A DNA stretch of 12,158 nucleotides from a virus (Duplodnaviria; Heunggongvirae; Uroviricota; Caudoviricetes): IMG/VR virus record IMGVR_UViG_3300047546_003220; one strand, given 5' to 3'. The position numbers were made by a program, and so were the translations under genes. How positions within the stretch are numbered: position 1 is the first letter of the stretch; the number at the start of each line of letters is the position of its first letter. The notes beneath the pieces are model-generated. The model was not told where the DNA came from. It did not search any database and saw only the letters and a list, made by a program, of their open reading frames with translations. This document shows, piece by piece, positions 1 through 7,212 of this stretch.

Positions 1-2164
1 CGAAGACCTCGTCCCAAACTATGATGTTTGGTTTTGGTAATGAACAAACCTTAGAAAGTACTGCTCTTAAAGCCATGGCGGCAATAGTTCTTTCGTATCC
101 TGAACCCGAAGTCATTAATTTTTCGATACCCGTAGAATTATCAATCATCATAAACTCAACCTCATTTTTGTCGTTGATTCTGATTTCCAAATTGAAATAA
201 CATGAGTCCATCAGTAATCTTTGGAGTTCTTGATTGATTAGTGGCATCATAGTTTTCATAATGATTTTGGAAATTCCATTCTTACCGAATACTTCCAAGT
301 ATATCTTATAGATTTTTTCTCTTTCGAATTCTTCAGCAATTCTCCCAATTAAATCATGATTGGTTTCGATTTGATTTTCAAGGGTTTTAATTTGAACTTG
401 ATTTGATGTAAGCGTCTTTTCATAACCTCTCTTTTCAAAAATAAGTTCGTCGATTCTCATGTTAGCTTTAACCAATTGAGCATCAATGTCGTTGTTCTTT
501 TTAATCTTATCTTGAACTTCGTTGTATCGTATCAACTTGGTCTCCGACTGTTCCAACTTGAGAGTGTTTGCCTCGAGAGTTGCCTCGTACTTTTCTTTAA
601 TAAGTTTAGCCCTTTCATATTCATCAAAATCTTTTTTGAGTTGAGTGAAGGATTCTTCCTTTTTTTCAAGTTGTCTAATTTCTTTTTCAAATTCCTTAAC
701 CATTTTCTTGAAATCTTCAAGTTGGTCAATCTTTTTCTTGGTCAACTCAGCTTCCATGAGTTTTATACCACAATGTTCACACTGAATCCCATCACCATAT
801 TTTTTAATAAGGTCTTGAATTTCTTCAACTTTATTCTCCGCTAAAACCAATTCTCCATTTACAGACTTGAGTTTATCTTTTACCGAATCATGTTTGTCTT
901 CATGATAGAACTCTTTGGGCTCAACAATTTTTACTTCATCGATTTGCCTTTCGATACTTTGTATAGTCTGTTTGTAATTGTTGATTTCTCTCTCGAGATT
1001 AACAGGGTTGAGTATTATTAAATCTTTATCGATATCAGTATACTTTGACTTTAATAGATTGTCTTTGTAATCCTGACCCTTTTGTAGTCTGTTATCTACG
1101 TCAGCAATTTTACGATTAGCTTCGTCAATTTCGTTAGTAAGTGTTGTGATGTTTTCTTTTGCGTCACTTATGTTTTGTTTCAATGTCTCAGTATTGTAAA
1201 CATTAGACAACATACCCTTTGAGAACTCGGAATAGATTTCTTTTCCATTCTCCTCTTTCTTTTTCAAAAATTCAAGTCCCAAAAATCTACTTAAAACTTG
1301 TCCACGAGCTGTTGGTTTTGCATCCAATAAATCCTCTAAGTTTGACGCGGTTGTAAGGATGGTCATCAAAAAGTCATCAATGTTTCCAATTGAAGTTTTG
1401 ATAAACTCTTCTGTCTCTCGTCTTTGTTCACCAGTGAAGTTAAGTAACTGACCGTCACCAAGTTTTTTGAAAAACTCTAATTCAGTTTTAACATTCCATT
1501 CTCCTGATTTGGCTTTCTTTCTTTCAATATGACGAGCAATCAGATATTCCTCACCATCAATAATAATTTCACCTCTTACAACAACTTTATTTTTATCTGT
1601 GAACCTGTTAAAGATTTCCTCAGCTTTTTGTGTTTTAGATGTGGTGTTGAAAAATAGGAAAAGTAATAAATCAACGGTCAAAACCGTTTTACCTCCAAAG
1701 TTTGGTGGGTCTGATTCAACCACTGTTATACCATCACATTTTGTAAAATCAATCACTTGATTTTCACCATAGGATAAAAAGTTACTGAACTCAATTTTTT
1801 TGATATACCATCTTTTGAATGGTGTTACTTCAACCTCATTGATTAACATTCTATTTTCAACGGCTAAGTCAATGTTCAGAACTTGTTCATAGTGTTTTTC
1901 AAGATTTTTGGACTCGAGGAAATTTTTAATCAACTCTTTGAGATAATTCTTGTCCATGATGTTAACAGAAACATCTATAGTTTGTTGTACATCATCAGAA
2001 GTTTTAACCTTTGTTATGACGTTTATATTAGTTGAAGCATACTTCTTCATGAAGTATTGTTTCACAGATTTGATTCTCTCTTGTGTGAAGTTCTCCGATG
2101 TATCCTCCCAAATAACCTGAATGTAAGGGTTATCCAAAGTTGAAATGTCCAAATTCTTTGCCAT
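1..2164 (-). CDS. sbcC: SbcC/Rad50/T4 gp46-like SMC-family ATPase with ~118-aa N-terminal extension; 3'-partial (721 codons visible, no stop in window)
   Basis: Translated by hand because it is absent from the ORF track; the frame is open from the ATG at 2164 to the left edge. Motifs: WYIKKIEFSNFLSYG (from ~1811), Walker A-like SDPPNFGGKT (1685-1714), long coiled coil, Zn-hook CEHC (770-781), signature SGSGYE (92-109), Walker B IIVWDE (8-25). An alternative in-frame ATG at 2257 overlaps the epimerase gene. Confidence 0.93.
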   Translation of the reverse strand, partial: MAKNLDISTLDNPYIQVIWEDTSENFTQERIKSVKQYFMKKYASTNINVITKVKTSDDVQQTIDVSVNIMDKNYLKELIKNFLESKNLEKHYEQVLNIDLAVENRMLINEVEVTPFKRWYIKKIEFSNFLSYGENQVIDFTKCDGITVVESDPPNFGGKTVLTVDLLLFLFFNTTSKTQKAEEIFNRFTDKNKVVVRGEIIIDGEEYLIARHIERKKAKSGEWNVKTELEFFKKLGDGQLLNFTGEQRRETEEFIKTSIGNIDDFLMTILTTASNLEDLLDAKPTARGQVLSRFLGLEFLKKKEENGKEIYSEFSKGMLSNVYNTETLKQNISDAKENITTLTNEIDEANRKIADVDNRLQKGQDYKDNLLKSKYTDIDKDLIILNPVNLEREINNYKQTIQSIERQIDEVKIVEPKEFYHEDKHDSVKDKLKSVNGELVLAENKVEEIQDLIKKYGDGIQCEHCGIKLMEAELTKKKIDQLEDFKKMVKEFEKEIRQLEKKEESFTQLKKDFDEYERAKLIKEKYEATLEANTLKLEQSETKLIRYNEVQDKIKKNNDIDAQLVKANMRIDELIFEKRGYEKTLTSNQVQIKTLENQIETNHDLIGRIAEEFEREKIYKIYLEVFGKNGISKIIMKTMMPLINQELQRLLMDSCYFNLEIRINDKNEVEFMMIDNSTGIEKLMTSGSGYERTIAAMALRAVLSKVCSLPKPNIIVWDEVF

Positions 2165-2208
2165 TTTCGTGTAATTAAATTCTGGTTGGGGATTAAATAA
2201 ATCCCATT

Positions 2209-3069
2209 TTAGTTCAGATTTAGAATGTATTCTTTCAAATCCTTTTTTGGTTGCCATCCTAATCTGTTTATTGCGTCATCGTTAATTCTAAGTGTTTCTT
2301 TATAATTTCCCAATTGTTCTGGTAAATTAATTTTATCTACTCCGAACTTTTGGTGAAACATTTCATACACTTCGTTTATTGAATAATTTTTTCCTGTTCC
2401 GAGTTCCCAAGCATCCCAATGAATTTGTTCTCCAAATCCAATCTTCAAAAGACCGTCGACAATATCATCGACATGAGTGAAATCTCTCCTTTGATTTCCA
2501 TCTCCTACAATCGGTAATGGTTCTTTTTTATTGATTTTATCCCTCCATATTCCAATAACTGCCGACATATGAGAGCTAACTAATTCACCATCACCGTACA
2601 CATTATAGAATCTTACTATTTCTGAATTTAGTCCATAAACTCTTTTATATAGTTTTACTAACTCCTCACCAATATGTTTAGACATAGCGTAGGGTGATAG
2701 TTCAGGATTATGATGCTTGGATGAAGAACCAGCATAAATGAGCTTAGAATGGTTTCTTAAAGCATATTCAATCACTTGTCTTGTACCATCTGAGTTTACT
2801 GAAAAATACAGACTTGGTGATTTGAATGATGGTTGAATTCTGCTCAAAGCGGCTAAGTGAAAAATTATATCGTATTTTTTGTCTTCGAGGTTAGTCATTC
2901 CTCTAACATCTCCACCCAAAAAAGTTCCACCAATTTTAGTAACGTCTTTGGCTTCAGGTCCGATTGATAAATTGTCTACCACATCAACTTCGCAACCTAA
3001 TTTTACAAGTTCATCAGTCAGTCGATATCCAATAAATCCACAACCCCCCGTTACTAAAATTTTTTTCAT
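2209..3069 (-). CDS. NAD-dependent nucleotide-sugar epimerase/dehydratase (extended SDR, GalE/WcaG-like), 286 aa
   Basis: ILVTGGCGFIG (GxxGxxG), VVDNLS, IFHLAA, catalytic YAMSK (YxxxK), RFYNVYG, GDGNQRRDFTHVDD. The exact substrate cannot be assigned from sequence. Confidence 0.93.
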   Translation of the reverse strand: MKKILVTGGCGFIGYRLTDELVKLGCEVDVVDNLSIGPEAKDVTKIGGTFLGGDVRGMTNLEDKKYDIIFHLAALSRIQPSFKSPSLYFSVNSDGTRQVIEYALRNHSKLIYAGSSSKHHNPELSPYAMSKHIGEELVKLYKRVYGLNSEIVRFYNVYGDGELVSSHMSAVIGIWRDKINKKEPLPIVGDGNQRRDFTHVDDIVDGLLKIGFGEQIHWDAWELGTGKNYSINEVYEMFHQKFGVDKINLPEQLGNYKETLRINDDAINRLGWQPKKDLKEYILNLN

Positions 3070-3257
3070 TACATAATTTGATTTTCAGTTTGACCTGACT
3101 CTGCATCGTATTTTTTTCTCATTTCTTCGATTTGCTTTTTCATCGATTCATTCATGAGTTTTTGCATTGCTGACCTTTGTGCAGAGATTTCTTGGTTTCT
3201 GGCCGCAACTCTTTTTCTGTGGGCTTTAGCACCACCTCTTTTTTTTGATGTTCCCAT
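3069..3257 (-). CDS. Small basic hypothetical protein, 62 aa (MGTSKKRGGAKAHRKR...)
   Basis: The track gives 3069..3290. The ATG at 3257 lies 1 nt after the upstream stop (TAA-A-ATG), as at other junctions here, so it is the preferred start. The stop overlaps the epimerase start (TAATG). Confidence 0.75.
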   Translation of the reverse strand: MGTSKKRGGAKAHRKRVAARNQEISAQRSAMQKLMNESMKKQIEEMRKKYDAESGQTENQIM

Positions 3258-3258
3258 T

Positions 3259-3612
3259 TTAATTGTTTTGTTGTGGTCTGTTTGTTTCAAACCACTCGAT
3301 TATAGAATTTATTGCCCATACAGAACCTGAAGCCAACATTCCGTCAAAAAACCATGATACCCATGGATTTAATCCAAGAATCTGATGAACAGGTGAATAT
3401 AAGAAAATACCAAAGAAAAATCCAACCCATGTCGGTGTGCACATCATACACTTTAACATGTCTGATAGAAATATCCAAAAATCTTGGAAGTAAGAATCAA
3501 CGTCCGCCGCCCACTTGTTGATTTTATTTCTTGGTCCGTTAAAAATGCTACCGTAAACGAGGATGTTACTTATACCATAAGTCATAATCATCCATAAAAA
3601 TAATTGAGTCAT
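3259..3612 (-). CDS. Small membrane protein with CxxC, DUF1360-like, 117 aa
   Basis: Three hydrophobic segments. The motif LSDMLKCMMCTPTWVG resembles the DUF1360 pattern Ll.CpxC..vW as recalled from memory. Fits tightly between its neighbours. Confidence 0.7.
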   Translation of the reverse strand: MTQLFLWMIMTYGISNILVYGSIFNGPRNKINKWAADVDSYFQDFWIFLSDMLKCMMCTPTWVGFFFGIFLYSPVHQILGLNPWVSWFFDGMLASGSVWAINSIIEWFETNRPQQNN

Positions 3613-3618
3613 AAAAAT

Positions 3619-4425
3619 TTATTTATATAATTTATCGTCCAAGTTTGAACCCCTTAAAAAAGCAGCCTTTTTATCTTGTTGGAAGTTTTGAATGTCTTGG
3701 ATAGTTTTTTCGTATTCTTTAATTTTTTTATCTTTTTCGATGTTGTCGAGTTTTAGTTTTTGAACTGTTTGTTGAAGAGCGTCTAATTTTGATTTTGAGT
3801 CCCCTTCCTTTTCTATAATTACTTCTTTAACAATCTCTATAGGTTTTTCAACCTCAACAATTTTTTCTTGGATTACCACTTTTTCAACGGGTATTTCCTT
3901 GATGATTTCAACAACTTTGGCTGGTTGATTTTCCAACTGTTGTATTTTTAACAATAGTTCGTTTATTTGGGTGTCGTCCGATACCTTAACAATTTTTTCA
4001 ATTACAGTTTCTACAGGCACCTCTTTGATAACTTCTTTAACAACAACCTTTTCAACTGGAACCTCTTTTGTTATCTCAACTATTTTCTCAACAACTTTTT
4101 CAACTGGTACTTCTTTTATAACTTGAACAGGTTTTTCAATAATTCTGTCCACAAATTTTTCAATAGGTTTCTCAACTTCAACATATTCAATCTTCACAAC
4201 CTCTTTTATAACCTCGACAGGAATCTCTACCCTCTTTTCTTTTATAACTTCTTTCTCGACAATTTTCTCTTTATTCAAATTTGAATTCAAGAGTCCATAT
4301 CTTTCAATGTTGAAACCAGTTGTAAAGGAATCCTTGACTACTGAACTTATAAGCAGGTCGTTGAGGTTACAATAGGCAACCAATTCTTTATGTTCATCTT
4401 TAGTCAGGGTGAGTTTTACTTCCAT
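3619..4425 (-). CDS. Hypothetical protein with possible N-terminal ribbon-helix-helix, central V/E/K/I/P-rich (VPV) repeats and C-terminal coiled coil, 268 aa
   Basis: ORF track; starts 1 nt after the sbcD stop. Repeats occupy aa 52-148 and 168-207; heptad-like segments occupy aa 151-167 and 212-250. Confidence 0.85.
   Translation of the reverse strand: MEVKLTLTKDEHKELVAYCNLNDLLISSVVKDSFTTGFNIERYGLLNSNLNKEKIVEKEVIKEKRVEIPVEVIKEVVKIEYVEVEKPIEKFVDRIIEKPVQVIKEVPVEKVVEKIVEITKEVPVEKVVVKEVIKEVPVETVIEKIVKVSDDTQINELLLKIQQLENQPAKVVEIIKEIPVEKVVIQEKIVEVEKPIEIVKEVIIEKEGDSKSKLDALQQTVQKLKLDNIEKDKKIKEYEKTIQDIQNFQQDKKAAFLRGSNLDDKLYK
3805..4272 (-). repeat. Imperfect coding tandem repeats (KEVPVEKVV / VEKPIE type; IMCp/articulin-like)
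   Basis: KEVPVE x3, KEIPVE x1, VEIPVE x1, EKPIE x2, EKPVQ x1, in two blocks separated by a short helical spacer. The three KEVPVE units are 16 and 14 aa apart. Confidence 0.85.
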
Positions 4426-4426
4426 T

Positions 4427-5206
4427 TCAATAGTTAACTAATTTTTCTGAGCCAGCTTCTAAGCAATCAAACGAATTAATATAAAAAGAAAGAAAAGGTT
4501 TAGGATTAGGTATATCAACAAAGGAATATTCGTCCTTATTAATTTCATAAACCCCATAACCATGTTTTCGGATTGTCTCACCAAAGTTCTGTTGAATCGT
4601 AGAGCCGACCATGTAAGCCTTTTTACCATTTGGTATATCAAATATTTGTCTTTTATGGATGTCTCCGCACAAAACAAGGTCACATCCTTTGAATTTATTT
4701 ACTTCAAATCCGTCTTCAAATTTATAACCAATATCAGTATAAAGTCCTTGTACTGGTCCGTGGAACAAACCAATGTTAATTTTATCGGACTTAGAAATTT
4801 CAGGTGGTATGTTGTGGTCCATAAGAGAAAACACACACCAATTAACATTATCATCCTCGTAAATCCCTCTATTCTTATAATAAGTAATGTTTGGATTTTT
4901 TAAGGATTCAATAATTGGAGTTAAGGCGTCTAATCTTGTGTTGTTGTTCTCCAAAAAATCGTGGTTACCAATTATTACTATTGTTTTAGTAATGTTTGCA
5001 CACTCGGATAGAATCCAAGCAACAAACTCAACCAACTCAGGAGTCATTTGGTTTTTTGAATGTACCAAGTCACCCGTGAAGACAATTCGGTCTGGCTTCA
5101 AACTTTTCCACTCGCTAAGTGCTACTTCAAGAACCTTTTTATACAATTCATGGTCTTTGAAAAGTCTTATGTGTAAGTCAGAAAAATGAACTATTCTATT
5201 AATCAT
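4427..5206 (-). CDS. sbcD: SbcD/Mre11/T4 gp47-like calcineurin-like phosphoesterase (nuclease subunit), short form, 259 aa
   Basis: Motifs HFSDLH, FTGDLVH, IGNHD, LFHG, CGDIH and GSTIQQNFGE. An SbcC-like partner lies in the same block. Confidence 0.88.
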   Translation of the reverse strand: MINRIVHFSDLHIRLFKDHELYKKVLEVALSEWKSLKPDRIVFTGDLVHSKNQMTPELVEFVAWILSECANITKTIVIIGNHDFLENNNTRLDALTPIIESLKNPNITYYKNRGIYEDDNVNWCVFSLMDHNIPPEISKSDKINIGLFHGPVQGLYTDIGYKFEDGFEVNKFKGCDLVLCGDIHKRQIFDIPNGKKAYMVGSTIQQNFGETIRKHGYGVYEINKDEYSFVDIPNPKPFLSFYINSFDCLEAGSEKLVNY

Positions 5207-5435
5207 TAATCAATGATTTTTCTTCTTCTTCAAATGGATTGTGTCCTTTGTTTATGTGTCCACAACTATCACATTTATAAATTGGGAAAGGCACTGTAGT
5301 ATCTTCAGCGGAACCAGTCATTAGTTTTGGAACTTTTTTAATGTAGATAACCTCTCTAAAATACATAGAGCCACATGATTCACATACAATTGTGGGACAT
5401 TCCCTTAAATTAACTTTTGGTCTTAAATCTTGCAT
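5199..5435 (-). CDS. Small Zn-ribbon protein, 78 aa
   Basis: CESCG and CDSCG pairs; 8-nt overlap with the sbcD start. Confidence 0.8.
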   Translation of the reverse strand: MQDLRPKVNLRECPTIVCESCGSMYFREVIYIKKVPKLMTGSAEDTTVPFPIYKCDSCGHINKGHNPFEEEEKSLIND

Positions 5436-5449
5436 AAACGTTTTCTTAA

Positions 5450-5477
5450 ATTATAGTAAAAATTATTTTTTATTCAA
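5450..5477 (-). promoter_or_regulatory. Possible sigma70-like promoter TTGAAT-N16-TATAAT upstream of the Zn-ribbon/sbcD block
   Basis: TATAAT at 5455-5450 lies in one of the few intergenic gaps (5436-5462); TTGAAT is at 5477-5472. The AT-rich background makes a chance match plausible. Confidence 0.35.
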
Positions 5478-6308
5478 ATATTTTCTGATGTCCATCCCCA
5501 TTACCGTGTCTATTACTCTTTTCGGGACTCTGAACTCTTCAAATTGAGTGTCTTCTCTGAGGTGAGCTATGATGCAACCATAAACCCTAATATTCTCGAA
5601 TTTGGAACCTTCTAACATTTTAAGTAATAGTTTACCATAAAGTGGTAATTGTACGTAATAATGTCCTAAAGCGTTGTTTGGGAGCTCTTCAAATGGTTCG
5701 TACATCCTCTCGGTATAATCATTCTCTTGAAAATTCTTAGGTTTGTTGGTTTTCCAATCGGTAATCAGAATACCAAAGTCATTTTTATTTACGTTTTGGG
5801 TTAACCAAACTTTATCTGGTTGACCTGTGTATCCGAGTTCTGGGTGACCAAGAACCATTTCGGTATCTAATAAAACAACTTCTCTTTGTTCAAGTAAGTC
5901 CAAATATCTTTTACCTGCAACAATCATCTTATCACTTTTCATAAGTTGAGTAAGGTCACATTCAAATACTGGTTTTCTGACTTCTTTGTAAGAACCATAT
6001 CTTTTGATAGCTTCTTCCTCCAATACAAAGTGAACCCTACTACCTAAGTTAGTCGAGTAATTTCCAGCGGCAGCCCATTCCTCGATTAATTGTTGTTGTT
6101 TCTCAGGGTCACCACCCGCTTTGTTATATGCGGCTTCTTCAGTAGGAAATGGTTTATAAAAATTTTTTAAAACTTTTGAAACCGATGGCCAACTTGTCTT
6201 ACCATCCATCGTATAAATGTGTTTTTCTTCCTGAAAGGTAAGACCCAGTTCAGTTTGTTTTTTAGAAATAACTTCTCTAATTTCTTCAGCAATCTTATTT
6301 AATTTCAT
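5463..6308 (-). CDS. PD-(D/E)XK superfamily nuclease (lambda-exonuclease/Cas4/AddB-like fold, no Fe-S cysteine set), 281 aa
   Basis: WPSVSKVL, GSRVHFVLE, DTEMVL, GQPDK (PD), ITDWKT (DxK), HYYVQLPLY. Confidence 0.82.
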   Translation of the reverse strand: MKLNKIAEEIREVISKKQTELGLTFQEEKHIYTMDGKTSWPSVSKVLKNFYKPFPTEEAAYNKAGGDPEKQQQLIEEWAAAGNYSTNLGSRVHFVLEEEAIKRYGSYKEVRKPVFECDLTQLMKSDKMIVAGKRYLDLLEQREVVLLDTEMVLGHPELGYTGQPDKVWLTQNVNKNDFGILITDWKTNKPKNFQENDYTERMYEPFEELPNNALGHYYVQLPLYGKLLLKMLEGSKFENIRVYGCIIAHLREDTQFEEFRVPKRVIDTVMGMDIRKYLNKK

Positions 6309-7212
6309 AATAGTATTCTTGGATTTCTCCCCTTAAGTCACAAACGTCTTTGTCTTTAGGTAATTTAACAATTTTTATTTTATTATACAAACGACCACCA
6401 TTCAACTCATGATACATTTTCAATCCATCATCCCAAGCATCCCCATCGACACAAATGATTATATTGGCATTAGCTTTAAGGTATAATGTTTCGAAAATTA
6501 ATTTACTCATTTTTTTTCCCAACATTACAAGTGGATTCGGAAGAAAAAATGAGTCAAAAGCACCTTCTACCAAAAATATATCTTTATCCCAATCAATCAA
6601 TTTTTCATTGAATATAATCTCGTCTTTTGGTACTGATGCTGGATTTTTGTATTTCATCTTTTTATTTACCCAAGCTCTACCCACAAAGTAATTCAAAATC
6701 CCGTCTTTATCAAAAGATGGAATAATTACCCTATAAGCAAATTCACCTTGGACAGTATAACCTATGGAATACTTCTCAATCATTTCATCATTTATACCAC
6801 GAGATAGGAGGTATTTGTAAGCCTCAATGTGGGGAATAAATCTTGGATTTGAATCCTTAAAAGTGGTAAAACCTTCAGGTAGTCTCAATCTTACTCTTTT
6901 CTTATCTTGAAGTTGAAGTTCTTCAGGTTTGATAAGGTTATAAATTTTCTTTTGTTGTTTGGTTGCATAACCATCGAACAACTTTCCCAATGGACCGTGG
7001 GTGCCATGAGTTTCTCCACAAGCCCAACATTTATAAACATGACGAATGTAATTTATTTCTAAGTTTCCCTTACCATCACCAGAATCTAAACCCTTTTCTT
7101 CTGCGCAGACAGGACAGTCAAAGGAAATCTGTCCCTTTGACTCGTAGTGTTGTTTAGGTTCACCTAAAACATCGGTCAAAAGCTCAACGAGCACTTCTAC
7201 TTCATCAGTCAT
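6295..7212 (-). CDS. dnaG: DNA primase (DnaG/T4 gp61-like; Cys4 zinc finger plus TOPRIM), 305 aa
   Basis: CPVC-x25-CWAC, YLLSRGI, RVIIPSFD, YFVGR, KYKNP, TOPRIM LVEGAFD and VDGDA (DxD). Confidence 0.9.
   Translation of the reverse strand: MTDEVEVLVELLTDVLGEPKQHYESKGQISFDCPVCAEEKGLDSGDGKGNLEINYIRHVYKCWACGETHGTHGPLGKLFDGYATKQQKKIYNLIKPEELQLQDKKRVRLRLPEGFTTFKDSNPRFIPHIEAYKYLLSRGINDEMIEKYSIGYTVQGEFAYRVIIPSFDKDGILNYFVGRAWVNKKMKYKNPASVPKDEIIFNEKLIDWDKDIFLVEGAFDSFFLPNPLVMLGKKMSKLIFETLYLKANANIIICVDGDAWDDGLKMYHELNGGRLYNKIKIVKLPKDKDVCDLRGEIQEYYYEIK

Noticed and set aside
476-844. Plus-strand 122-aa hydrophobic ORF, and minus-strand ORF 532..729
   Set aside because: Antisense or alternate-frame shadows of the K/E-rich SbcC coiled coil; F/L/N richness is the expected mirror of AAA/GAA codons.
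3258-3290. Longer start (MKQTDHNKTIK) for the basic protein
   Set aside because: Overlaps the upstream gene by 32 nt; the ATG at 3257 fits the local coupling pattern better.
3620-3627. T4 late promoter match TATAAATA on the minus strand
   Set aside because: Formed by the Tyr-Lys-stop codons of the upstream gene in AT-rich sequence; single instance, chance likely.
3805-4272. Repeats as a possible CRISPR array near a Cas4-like gene
   Set aside because: The repeats are degenerate, in-frame and protein-level, with no identical direct repeats or unique spacers.
3967-4284. Plus-strand F/N-rich repetitive ORF
   Set aside because: Antisense image of the VPV repeats.
2879-5189. Short ORFs at 2879, 3312, 4459, 4562 and 4887
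   Set aside because: All lie within well-supported minus-strand genes and show no motifs.
7018-7116. Cys4 rather than CHC2 zinc finger in the primase as a novelty
   Set aside because: Cys4 zinc-binding domains are standard in phage primases such as T4 gp61 and T7 gp4.
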